From the NCBI GenBank assembly GCA_043716655.1, contig JAYSYF010000092.1:1-48089 (forward strand): a stretch of 48,089 bases of DNA, written 5' to 3'. The translations under genes and the position numbers were made by a program. Under the pieces are notes generated by a model. It searched no databases and was not told the origin of the DNA. It saw only the letters and a program-made list of their open reading frames with translations. This DNA comes from Bdellovibrionales bacterium. GTDB taxonomy: Bacteria > Bdellovibrionota > Bdellovibrionia > Bdellovibrionales > JAMPXM01. Below are positions 34,799-43,581 of the stretch, in pieces; the first letter of the stretch is position 1; each line of letters starts with the position of its first letter.

Positions 34799-36072
34799 TT
34801 ACAACTCTTCGTAGGGCGGCGAGTTTGAGTCACGGCGATGCATTCGATATCTCGCAAAAGCAAATCGATTGGAGACGGCTCGCCCGACCTCATCGGCGTT
34901 GCGTACGGGGGAGCAAAACTCCGTCCAGCTGTATTCCGAATGAGCGCTTCGCGAACGGCCTGTCCGGCCGCAGCAAGAGATCCTGACTTCGCTTCGACAG
35001 AACTCACCGCTCCAGTTTGTTTCATGTGATCGAGCATTTCGTTAAACACACTTTCGTTGTAACCATGCAAATACGGCGAGCGCGCATCGAACACGATCGA
35101 CGGAGTGCCTGCCAATGTCGGTTCCGCCAAGTTGACTGCGCCGGCAACGACATTCAGATCTGAAGCGGCATACACGACATGCATTCGACCTTGGACATCG
35201 TTGATCGCGATAAGTCGTTTCAAAGGATCCCTTGGTGTGATTCCGAGCTCACTCAATTTCAAAACTTGAAATTTTTTGTCACCGAAGTTTTTTTGAAAGG
35301 CTGTGTAATCGATATTTTCGAAAATATCGGATTGGCTAATGATCAGCGCATCCACCGGCTCTTTCATTAAATTCGCAGCCAGCTCAGCGACTTGATCGGC
35401 GCTGTTATAAATCGAATTGTTCAGCGAGACGATTTTATGACTTTCAGTAAATCCGAGTGCGTCTCTAACCGATTTGCGATCTGCGGGTGGTGCGCCTGGA
35501 TTTGCAAGTTTCAGTCGCGACATCTCGAGCACTGTATTACTTCGCTCAATTCCCGTTTCAGCCCGATCTTCGATGGTGAGTCGAACACGTTCGGTTCCCG
35601 GCGCAGCCGGCTTCATTGTCGGCGACGTCTCTAGAATTTTAGCTTCGGGAAAAACTTGCTTCAAAAGACGTACGACGAATGCCGCTTGAGTCGATTCTCC
35701 GAGTAGCTTCGGATCTAGAGTCGCCGCCTTCAATCTTTCAGCATCATGGTGAACGACGACGAACTCGAGATCCGCGCCGTTTCCAAAAGTATTTTTGAGC
35801 GAAGCGAATTGCGGTGAAGCACGCACGTGACTTAGAAACTGCGGTGACAACTCGTCGGCAATCGATGTTCTGAATCGGTAGATCGGAGCCTGACCCAACT
35901 TTCCAAAATCCGTTGGGCACGGACCGGTCAGCAAGAGCATTTCAGAAGGTGCAAAGTGAGATTTCAATCCCCGCGCACTCGCTGCGAAGAGTTCAACGGG
36001 CCGGAAAAAAGACGCGGTTAAAAACGCGCCGGTCCATACTGTTAAAATGAGAAATCGCGAGCAGAGTTTCAC
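34795..36072 (-). CDS. hypothetical exported/anchored protein; C-terminal half weakly resembles a GT-B (Kdo-transferase-like) glycosyltransferase half
   Basis: GTG start and hydrophobic N-terminus. Its stop overlaps the start of the 1593-aa gene (ATGA). The segment INDVQGRMHVVYAASDLNVVAGAVNLAEPTLAGTPSIVF is only loosely GT30-like. Confidence 0.55.
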   Translation of the reverse strand: MKLCSRFLILTVWTGAFLTASFFRPVELFAASARGLKSHFAPSEMLLLTGPCPTDFGKLGQAPIYRFRTSIADELSPQFLSHVRASPQFASLKNTFGNGADLEFVVVHHDAERLKAATLDPKLLGESTQAAFVVRLLKQVFPEAKILETSPTMKPAAPGTERVRLTIEDRAETGIERSNTVLEMSRLKLANPGAPPADRKSVRDALGFTESHKIVSLNNSIYNSADQVAELAANLMKEPVDALIISQSDIFENIDYTAFQKNFGDKKFQVLKLSELGITPRDPLKRLIAINDVQGRMHVVYAASDLNVVAGAVNLAEPTLAGTPSIVFDARSPYLHGYNESVFNEMLDHMKQTGAVSSVEAKSGSLAAAGQAVREALIRNTAGRSFAPPYATPMRSGEPSPIDLLLRDIECIAVTQTRRPTKSCK

Positions 36073-36170
36073 CCTTGCTTTTCGGTTGCAGACGCCACTC
36101 CGTTAACCAGGCCTAGGACCGGGTTCCCCTAGCTACCGCGATCGAATTCATCGGCAAAGACGGCGATGAA

Positions 36171-37175
36171 CTATTCAGCCATCAGGCCGATCATTTCGAA
36201 GACCGCATCGAGCGCGGCAAGCGATGTAATGTCGGATACGTCGTAAGGCGGATTGACCTCGACCACGTCGGCACCGACCAGATTTTTAACGCGAAGTCCG
36301 CGAAAAATCTGCTGCACTTCGTAAGTCGAGAGACCGCCCGGCACTGGTGTGCCAGTTCCTGGAGCAAAGGCTGGGTCAAGGCAGTCGACATCGTACGAAA
36401 TGTAAACGGGATCTTTTCCGTAGTCCGGCAGCGACTTCACAAAGGACTGTATTCCCTTGTCTCGAATTTCATCGATCGTCGCAATTCGAATGCCGTGTTT
36501 CTGCGGAAACTCCAAATCACTTGTGCCCGCAAGTGGTCCACGAATTCCGATTTGAATAGAACCTTTTGGATCGATCAGTCCTTCTTCAACCGCGTGGCGC
36601 GCGAACGAACCATGATGATACTCCTGGCCCCAAGCTGCGGGATAGGTGTCAAAATGCGCATCGAAGTGAATCAAGCGCACAGGTTTACCGACGGCTTTTC
36701 GAATTTCTCGCAAAATCGGCAGTGTGATCGAGTGATCTCCCCCAACCGAAATAAACCTTTTTTTCAAAGCGAGACCTTGGCGAAAAAACTTTTCGATCTT
36801 TTCGTAGGTTGCATCAAGATTCACAGGAACTGTCGGAACGTCGCCGACGTCCGCAACTTTTATTTTTTCGATAAACGAAGCCATGCGTCCCATATGAAAT
36901 ACGCGGCCGAGCGATGAAACGTCGCGAACCCGTGCTGGAGCAAAACGTTGCCCCGGGCGATAGCTCGCGCCGCCGTCGAAGGGAACTCCGACAATGCCGA
37001 CATCGTAATCGTCGTTGATCGCAACATACGGCAATCTAAAAAAAGTTTTAATTCCTGAATAGCGTGGGAATTCGCGGCCGTTGATCGGCACATATTTGTG
37101 CGACGCTTTGTCAGCAGTGGCCGGCTTCGCAGCCTTTGATTTGGGAGCAAGCTTCGAATCTTTTTTCTTCGCCAT
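36171..37175 (-). CDS. speB: agmatinase / ureohydrolase family
   Basis: GVPFDGGASYRPGQRFAP, GGDHSITLPILR, IHFDAHFDTY and YDVDCLDPAFAPGTGTPVPGGLS are arginase-fold Mn ligand motifs. Start at ATG 37175 (MAKKKDSK...), after the upstream stop at 37189. Confidence 0.85.
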   Translation of the reverse strand: MAKKKDSKLAPKSKAAKPATADKASHKYVPINGREFPRYSGIKTFFRLPYVAINDDYDVGIVGVPFDGGASYRPGQRFAPARVRDVSSLGRVFHMGRMASFIEKIKVADVGDVPTVPVNLDATYEKIEKFFRQGLALKKRFISVGGDHSITLPILREIRKAVGKPVRLIHFDAHFDTYPAAWGQEYHHGSFARHAVEEGLIDPKGSIQIGIRGPLAGTSDLEFPQKHGIRIATIDEIRDKGIQSFVKSLPDYGKDPVYISYDVDCLDPAFAPGTGTPVPGGLSTYEVQQIFRGLRVKNLVGADVVEVNPPYDVSDITSLAALDAVFEMIGLMAE

Positions 37176-37188
37176 GCTCAGAACGCTA

Positions 37189-38052
37189 TCAAAGCCGTTC
37201 CATCCTGTCGAATTCTTCGAGGCCCAGGCGCAAATGAAGTGCGAGCTTCGAACGAACCGGCGCCTCGGCCAATATTTTAGCGAAGGAGTTTCGGTTTTCA
37301 TGCGTTATAAACGGTAAAATCTCTGCCGCGACTGCGTTACGAACGTCCCAGCCACCCGTCTTCAACACGTCCCTTAACGTTTTGTCGACGAGTTCTGGAT
37401 TCGCGGACCTCGATTGGGCCATCAGTCTTATCGCTTGCGTCGTGAGCGGACCGCTGACGGTGGTTCGAAGTGCGCGCGAGGCTATTTCAACGGTCACACT
37501 CGCATCTCGGCTCGGCAGTAGTGCCGCGAGTCCAAGCGCTTGTTCGCGCACGTTGTCGTCTGGATGTTTTATGTAAGCGGTCGACAGGCTTAACAGCGGT
37601 ATTTGTGTATCTCCGCGGTTCTGCATGTCATCCATCGCGAGTGCTTTGAGGAAGGCCAACTCACTAACCGTCTCTTCTGCAAGTAATTGATGATATCCGG
37701 CAGGATCGCTTTTCGCCATGAGACTGCCGACGGGACAATCGCTCGATTCAACTTTTTCGCATTTTCGAAGGCTCTTTAAACGGTCAATCGCTGCGACGTC
37801 AGCGGCCTTCGCGGGCACCTGATCTTTTCCGAGTGTGGCTTGTTCGGTCGCCTTCGCGATTCCGACCCGAGCCGTTGCACGAAGTGCGACCGCATCGGAA
37901 TCGACATTCGCAGGAACTGTCGGAGCATCCTCGGCCGGCTCATTGCCTAACGACTCACTCGATTGTTCTAGTGCCGGAGACGAGCCCGAACGGAAGTGAA
38001 CCAGAGCTGCGCCAGCCAAGAGGCTGACGAGGCAGACTGAGCCGACTTCCAT
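37189..38052 (-). CDS. hypothetical membrane-anchored helical-repeat (HEAT-like) protein
   Basis: ORF 37189..38172. ATG 38052 (MEVGSVCLVSLLAGAALV...) avoids overlap with the upstream gene. No RBS is evident, so the start is uncertain. Confidence 0.55.
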   Translation of the reverse strand: MEVGSVCLVSLLAGAALVHFRSGSSPALEQSSESLGNEPAEDAPTVPANVDSDAVALRATARVGIAKATEQATLGKDQVPAKAADVAAIDRLKSLRKCEKVESSDCPVGSLMAKSDPAGYHQLLAEETVSELAFLKALAMDDMQNRGDTQIPLLSLSTAYIKHPDDNVREQALGLAALLPSRDASVTVEIASRALRTTVSGPLTTQAIRLMAQSRSANPELVDKTLRDVLKTGGWDVRNAVAAEILPFITHENRNSFAKILAEAPVRSKLALHLRLGLEEFDRMERL

Positions 38053-38072
38053 CGCGAGTCGTTTTAAAGATT

Positions 38073-39713
38073 TCACTGACGTACCGTCACCCATTGATCG
38101 ATGGTCGAAGAAGGAAACGTTCTGCCCGCGTAAATGTAACCGCGTTGTGTAGGTGTTTTCACCTTCAACCAAATTTCGTTTGCGGCCGCGATGATTTGAA
38201 CGTCCTCAACTTCAACAACAGTACCCTTCTCGAGTACCTCGAGCGTTTCGGTCTTCACACCATCCGCCTCGCGAGTGAGAAGCAACTTCGAACCGTCGGT
38301 TTTTGAAATCTGAACCTGACCGCCGATAGCTGGCAGAAATTGCGTTACGCCCTTTGGAACGGCGTTAAACGACAGCTTCGTTACAGTCGCGATTTTATCC
38401 GCCGTTTCACGTGTACCACCTGAAATCCAACCTTCGAGTTTGTTCGGCAGTCGAATTCGATACTGGCGTGCACGTGCCTCATCCAATTCAACTTCAATGT
38501 CGAGAACCTGAAAGGCCTGCTGTTTTTTAGTGAAACCAATCGTGCGTCCGCCGGTCTCGGCTTTGATCGCGACAGCAACGTTCGTCGTTACGACATCGCC
38601 AATCGATGCGACCTCGGGAAATGCGTTCTGACAAAGCTCGAGTCTGTTTTCAACCATGGTCCGAGGCATACCCATGACTTGTCGATCGGTCGATTTAATC
38701 TTCAAAGGAGTCGCCATCGCTACTTCATCAGACAAACCGGCCAAGCATGTGAACACGCGGACATCGCGCGCGCACTGAAGCGATTTTCCGTCAGCAGTTA
38801 CGCAGGTCGTACCGTTCTCCATTACAAGAGGACGACTCGCGATGTATTCGTTCAAACGTTCTTTTGCGACCGCGCAAAAGTCGTCGCCCGAACGAACGCA
38901 ATCGAGATCGACCTTCAATTTATGATTCTCGTCGCGAACGAACTCGCTCCAATCGCGACTTTTCAATTTCTTGAAATAGTTTTTGTCGTTCTTCGCCCAA
39001 GCGTGACCTGGATTCGTCCATCGGCAAATAGCCCCCGGTCCGCCGTTGTAGGCAGCGTATGCAGCGCGCGTGACGTTCTCGAGGGTTTGCTCACGCTTCT
39101 GATTCTTCACACGCATGATGCATCTCGCCTTCAGCGCCGATTCCCACTCACTAAAATAGTGTTCGATGCCGAAGCCGACGTTTCCGACGATGTCGAACGA
39201 ACGGTCTTGCTCGCGAGACGCATGGTATCGCTGATTGATCTGCATCATTCCATGACTGATGTTTCGGTCGCCTGTGGACAGCTTGTATCCGCCCTTCGCG
39301 CCGATTCGGTAGTGCGACCAAAATGTTTCTTGGTGAGCAACGGTATGGATCGCGTTTACAAATGCGGCCACTTCGTCGTCTTGTACGTCGGGACGTCGAT
39401 CGCGAATGTATTTCGTCGCAAGGTCGCGCAGCAAAGCGTTGACGTTAGTGACATATTCTTTGCGTTGATCGCCATCGGTCGCCGCCGTTCGATCGTAAAC
39501 GAATTCTGAAAATATATACTTGATGCGCGAGACGCTTCCGTAACGTTTTGCATCGCAGCCGTCCGATCCCTCGCCGAACTCCCAAACACCAGGGTCTTTA
39601 CCTTGGCAGTCGCGGATATATGGAACACCCGACAGAGCTTGCTCGGATGCTATCACTGCGATCGCGCCGAGCGTCGCCAGTAGTAAAGTCAGTAACCCCA
39701 TCTTTTTGGACAT
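38073..39713 (-). CDS. exported lytic transglycosylase-like (SLT) protein with SH3-like C-terminal repeats
   Basis: Signal peptide. SLT-like motifs VAHQETFWSHY, SHGMMQINQRYH and AYAAYNGGPGA. The C-terminal beta-rich segments are SH3b-like. GAGGGGAA lies upstream of the ATG. Confidence 0.75.
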   Translation of the reverse strand: MSKKMGLLTLLLATLGAIAVIASEQALSGVPYIRDCQGKDPGVWEFGEGSDGCDAKRYGSVSRIKYIFSEFVYDRTAATDGDQRKEYVTNVNALLRDLATKYIRDRRPDVQDDEVAAFVNAIHTVAHQETFWSHYRIGAKGGYKLSTGDRNISHGMMQINQRYHASREQDRSFDIVGNVGFGIEHYFSEWESALKARCIMRVKNQKREQTLENVTRAAYAAYNGGPGAICRWTNPGHAWAKNDKNYFKKLKSRDWSEFVRDENHKLKVDLDCVRSGDDFCAVAKERLNEYIASRPLVMENGTTCVTADGKSLQCARDVRVFTCLAGLSDEVAMATPLKIKSTDRQVMGMPRTMVENRLELCQNAFPEVASIGDVVTTNVAVAIKAETGGRTIGFTKKQQAFQVLDIEVELDEARARQYRIRLPNKLEGWISGGTRETADKIATVTKLSFNAVPKGVTQFLPAIGGQVQISKTDGSKLLLTREADGVKTETLEVLEKGTVVEVEDVQIIAAANEIWLKVKTPTQRGYIYAGRTFPSSTIDQWVTVRQ

Positions 39714-39953
39714 TCACATTCCCCTCGTGAAAGATAAAACAGATCTCTCCAGGACTATCCTGGTTGCAAAATGGGTACGGCCTCCCGCGACCCGAAATCA
39801 TTGTAGATGTTGGAACTCTCGCACAGAATCTGCCTCGTCTTTCAATCACTTAGCCCTTTTATAAAAGGGACACTGTTTTGAAATCTCGATCCGTGAAGGC
39901 AAGTTCTTCCGAAAACGTGACAAGAATTGTCAGCGGCAATAGGGTCGAGAACA

Positions 39954-41036
39954 ATGGCAAGAGTGTCCACACTAGTAAAAACCGAGAACTTTTTTCCTCG
40001 TGATGAAAAATCCACGCGCGATTTTGATGAACTCATATCGCAGCTGATTCCCTGGTATCTCGAAGCGAAGCGGCCACTTCCATGGAGAATGAATCGCGAT
40101 CCCTATCGCATTTGGATTTCCGAAGTGATGCTGCAGCAAACGACGGTGACAGCTGTCATCCCGTATTACGAACGCTTCATGAAGCGATTTCCGAATCTAA
40201 ATTCATTAGCAAAAACCGAGTTGGGTGTCGTCCTCGAGTATTGGGCGGGCCTTGGATATTATTCGCGTGCCCGTTCGCTTCATAAATCGGCGCAGACATT
40301 ATCTGAATTCGGAAAATTTCCTCAGACATTCACCGAGCTGCTCGAACTTCCTGGTTTTGGGCCTTACACCGCGCGCGCCGTTTCGAGTCTCGCTTTCGGA
40401 GAAAAAGTTGGCGTCGTCGATGGCAACGTGATCCGCGTATTGTCGCGAGTGTTCGATCTCGATCTTGAATGGTGGAAACCTGTCGATCGAGATGTCGTTC
40501 AAATTCAAGCCGACCTTTTAGTGAACGGAAAGAATGGTAAGCGCTCGGTAGACGCGAGTGATACGAATCAAGCGTTGATGGAGCTCGGTGCGACGATTTG
40601 TACTCCGCAGTCCCCGACCTGCATGCTGTGCCCATGGAGTCGAATGTGCCTCGCTCGAAAAAACGACACGATCCCGCTTCGACCAAAATCAAAACCGAGA
40701 CGCGAGACTGAACTATGGGCATGGAATCCGACACTTCATCTTCGCGCTCGCGATAAAAGTTTTTTGCTCGTAAAAAACGACTACGCCCCGTTTTTGAAGG
40801 GCCATCTCGTTCCGCCAGGAACGGCCGTGCGTCTCAAGAAAAAACCAAAGGACTTCGACTACCGAGGCTCAGTCACTCATCACGAGATTTATGTGACAGT
40901 TTCCCATGGAACCGGCGCAGCGACGCCAAAGAAGCCCAAACCTGACGAATGCCACTGGATTGCCGCTGAGGAAATAAAGTCGAAAGTTCCGTCTTCGTTG
41001 ATTCGCAAAGCACTCGACGCACTAAAAAAGTCCTGA
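39954..41036 (+). CDS. mutY: A/G-specific adenine DNA glycosylase MutY
   Basis: PYRIWISEVMLQQTTV, YWAGLGYYSRARSLH, LPGFGPYTARAV and the 4Fe-4S cluster CTPQSPTCMLCPWSRMC. The ORF opens at TTG 39927; the first ATG is 39954. Confidence 0.9.
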   Translation: MARVSTLVKTENFFPRDEKSTRDFDELISQLIPWYLEAKRPLPWRMNRDPYRIWISEVMLQQTTVTAVIPYYERFMKRFPNLNSLAKTELGVVLEYWAGLGYYSRARSLHKSAQTLSEFGKFPQTFTELLELPGFGPYTARAVSSLAFGEKVGVVDGNVIRVLSRVFDLDLEWWKPVDRDVVQIQADLLVNGKNGKRSVDASDTNQALMELGATICTPQSPTCMLCPWSRMCLARKNDTIPLRPKSKPRRETELWAWNPTLHLRARDKSFLLVKNDYAPFLKGHLVPPGTAVRLKKKPKDFDYRGSVTHHEIYVTVSHGTGAATPKKPKPDECHWIAAEEIKSKVPSSLIRKALDALKKS

Positions 41037-41049
41037 CACACTGACTTGC

Positions 41050-42228
41050 ATGAGTCGCAAATCGGTTTTCTGCATATTTTCATTTTCTGCCCTCGCATTT
41101 TTCTGTGTGGTCGGTATCTCGGGTTGCGGATCAAAAGAACGAGTGACGCTTCCAGCGGCTCCAATCGGACCCGGCGATTCGAAAGTAGACCTTGGAAATT
41201 CCGAGACCGCGCCCGGTGCACAAACGTTCAGAGAACGCGAGATCTCGGGCAAAGCATTTTCGATCGATGGAGCCGCCGTTCAAGCGCGCGCCATCATTAC
41301 GAACGGCGAAAGTCGACGGCCGATATTTCTTGATGCGACGTCGATCGCTTACGCCACGAGACGAGCGAGCGTTGAACGCTGGCAAGTTTTCGCGGCCGAT
41401 CTTACGAAAAAGGTCGAACGCCGAGTTTCATTCGATGCCGGCGATGCTGAACCTGTGGCAATTCTTGGTCAGCGTCTCGTCATCGCTTCTTCGAGTGACG
41501 AACGTAAATCTGGTGAAAGAACGCTTGGGCGCTATCAAGAAATCTTTATTCCGAAAGATCCCGACCAGGCGAAGCCGTTAAGTGCAGACAGCTCGATGCA
41601 ACAACTCATGCTCGAACATCCGGCGTTGGGTCGCAAAGGAACCGAGTGGAATCGCATTTCCCACGTTCCGGCACAACAGTGGATCTTCAGCGTCGATCGA
41701 GATTTGAAACAGGCACTCGTTTTGGCAAACGCTGACGAAGCGTCGCAAGTTTTCAAAGTGACGATCATCGGTCGTCCTGGAGATCCGTTGACCCGACAGT
41801 GGTCACCGATTCAAGTCGCGATGCCAGCCGGGATCACTGGTCGAATCACTGATGGACGGATTTTTCCAGACGGACAACGCGCCGTCTGGAGCAATGGCTC
41901 GGTTCTATGGACCACGACTCTCAAAGGCACAGAGCCTGTGCGAATCGGTGACGATTCAATTCCGGCTGCAACATCGGTCACGCTCGATCCGAGCGGTCAG
42001 TGGATCGTCTTTTCGAGCCCAAGCAAATCAAAAGGTTTAGGCCTGATGGCCGTTCATCATACTGGACGTTGTTTGAAAACTCTGACCGAGCTTCCAGGAG
42101 ACGAAACGGAACCTTCGTTTTCTCCAGACGGTCAGCTTATTTTGTTCATCCATAAGCAGGGCGATAGTAGTGCTGTGGCCCAGATTTCTTTCGGTACACC
42201 CGCTTCAATCGCTGCTGGCTGTCCATAG
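41050..42228 (+). CDS. TolB-like beta-propeller lipoprotein (PD40/WD40-like repeats)
   Basis: Lipobox ISGCGS and PD40-type repeats (e.g. EPSFSPDGQLILF). Confidence 0.7.
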   Translation: MSRKSVFCIFSFSALAFFCVVGISGCGSKERVTLPAAPIGPGDSKVDLGNSETAPGAQTFREREISGKAFSIDGAAVQARAIITNGESRRPIFLDATSIAYATRRASVERWQVFAADLTKKVERRVSFDAGDAEPVAILGQRLVIASSSDERKSGERTLGRYQEIFIPKDPDQAKPLSADSSMQQLMLEHPALGRKGTEWNRISHVPAQQWIFSVDRDLKQALVLANADEASQVFKVTIIGRPGDPLTRQWSPIQVAMPAGITGRITDGRIFPDGQRAVWSNGSVLWTTTLKGTEPVRIGDDSIPAATSVTLDPSGQWIVFSSPSKSKGLGLMAVHHTGRCLKTLTELPGDETEPSFSPDGQLILFIHKQGDSSAVAQISFGTPASIAAGCP

Positions 42229-42288
42229 GCCTTGCGGAATCTAAAAATTGAGATAGCTTTAGAAATGGTGCGCATGGAGGCGAACGTC

Positions 42289-42873
42289 ATGACTTCATTT
42301 CGATTTAAGCTTTTTCAGATCGCGGCCTCTTCAGCCGTCGTGATTTCATGTTTTTTCAGTACCTCACTTTCGCCGTCGACGGCGTCAGCCTCTCCGCATC
42401 CCGCGACAGCAAGTTCGCGATTGATTGCTCCCCGACTCGGTTTTTATCGCTCGCCAGATGGATTCCGACTTCATTCCGGCGATTCTGGGTGGCTGCAGGC
42501 TGCGCCCCCACGTGGAAACCAAACTATTTTGACCGTGTATCGCAGTCCTCGAAACGAATCGAAAGCTTCGCTGACGGTTCGAGTCGACCAACTCGCGCGC
42601 GGAACAAGTGCCGATCGTTACATCGGTCGTTGGGTAAAAGAATATCCGCGTTTTGGTTTCGATGTTCTCGGTTCACAACCGTTCTCGCAAAGCGGAGTTC
42701 GCGGACACGTCATCGATCTGATGAATCGCGATTCGAAAATGCAACTGCGCCAAGTTGTGTTCGTCAGCGAACAACGAAAACGTGCCGCGATTCTCACTTG
42801 CCGTGATGACGCGACAGATTTCGCCAGCACGCTCCGCGCTTGTAATTCGATCGTCAAAACATTCGAGTGGTAA
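42289..42873 (+). CDS. hypothetical exported protein
   Basis: ATG 42289 with GGAGG 8 nt upstream. Signal peptide MTSFRFKLFQIAASSAVVISCFFSTSLSPSTASA. The ORF opens earlier at TTG 42232. Confidence 0.55.
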   Translation: MTSFRFKLFQIAASSAVVISCFFSTSLSPSTASASPHPATASSRLIAPRLGFYRSPDGFRLHSGDSGWLQAAPPRGNQTILTVYRSPRNESKASLTVRVDQLARGTSADRYIGRWVKEYPRFGFDVLGSQPFSQSGVRGHVIDLMNRDSKMQLRQVVFVSEQRKRAAILTCRDDATDFASTLRACNSIVKTFEW

Positions 42874-43326
42874 ATGACAGCTCCAATACGCAAAATCAGA
42901 ATTGTTGATCGCAGTGTTCAGTATCGCCTCATCGGTGTTGTCGCCGTTTCCGGCGCCTTGATCTGCCTGATGGCGGTGTTTGGTGTTCGAATGATTTCGA
43001 GCGAAATCATGAACGTGTTGATCGACAACGACGTTAATCAAACGGTGGTGATCGAACTTTTGAGTAAGTTGAATAAGATCTCGCTCTATCTCGTTGTCTT
43101 TATATCGGCGACTCTCGCATGCGCATGGACGGCGGCGACCTACCTCTCGAACCGAGTGGTCGGACCGATCTTCAATATCGTTCGCGCCTTGGACGAATAC
43201 CTCGACGGAAATAAAGCGCGACGAATTGTCACCCGCAAACACGACTTCTTCGATCCGCTCGTCGACAAAATCAACGCGGTTCTCGAAGAGAAAAGCCCGC
43301 TTGGCGAGAAGTCGCCCGGCGGCTAA
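42874..43326 (+). CDS. small two-TM membrane protein with a HAMP-like linker and no output domain
   Basis: TAAATG junction with the upstream gene. Two hydrophobic helices, then a HAMP-like pattern: LSNRVVGPIFNIVRALDEYLDGNKARRIVTRKHDFFDPLVDKINAVL. Confidence 0.55.
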   Translation: MTAPIRKIRIVDRSVQYRLIGVVAVSGALICLMAVFGVRMISSEIMNVLIDNDVNQTVVIELLSKLNKISLYLVVFISATLACAWTAATYLSNRVVGPIFNIVRALDEYLDGNKARRIVTRKHDFFDPLVDKINAVLEEKSPLGEKSPGG

Positions 43327-43355
43327 GCGACTGTTGAGAGTCCATAAGCAAGAAT

Positions 43356-43437
43356 CACTTTCGTTGACGAAAGTGTTTTGGTTTTTCACTTTCGTTGACG
43401 ATAGTGGTCCCGCTCTTCACTTTCGTTAACGAAAATG
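43356..43437. repeat. three tandem copies (31-bp period) of a 20-bp palindromic element CACTTTCGTTGACGAAAGTG
   Basis: Copies are at 43356..43375 (perfect), 43387..43406 (1 mismatch) and 43418..43437 (2 mismatches). Each has an 8-bp stem CACTTTCG/CGAAAGTG and a TTGA loop. Confidence 0.85.
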
Positions 43438-43464
43438 GACCCTTCCGCCTCTCGGACTACGCTT

Positions 43465-43492
43465 AAAAAAAAGGAGCGTCTTACAACGCTCC
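43465..43492 (-). terminator. rho-independent terminator of the DEAD-box helicase gene
   Basis: Minus strand reads GGAGCGT-TGTAAG-ACGCTCC followed by TTTTTTTT. Confidence 0.75.
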
Positions 43493-43520
43493 TCAATTCT
43501 CAAATCGTTTTAAACGCGAT

Positions 43521-43540
43521 CACTTTCGTTGACGAAAGTG
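43521..43540. repeat. fourth copy of the CACTTTCGTTGACGAAAGTG palindrome (perfect, stem extendable to 10 bp)
   Basis: ATCACTTTCG-TTGA-CGAAAGTGAT. It lies in the helicase 3' UTR, between the stop (43582) and the terminator. Confidence 0.85.
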
Positions 43541-43581
43541 ATTCAAGCCCGGCCTGCTCGGCGTACCGAGCAGAAGCTTTG

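Noticed and set aside
38679-39509. 276-aa plus-strand ORF
   Set aside because: Antisense to the SLT/SH3-like gene, with no motifs. The same reasoning applies to the long antisense ORFs at 368..928, 14863..15411, 15605..16324, 19213..19824, 28507..29082, 42673..43389 and 44611..45309.
43356-43540. The palindromic repeat array considered as a mini-CRISPR
   Set aside because: The repeats are 20 bp with 11-bp spacers and only 3 phased copies. No cas genes or leader are present. This does not fit CRISPR geometry.
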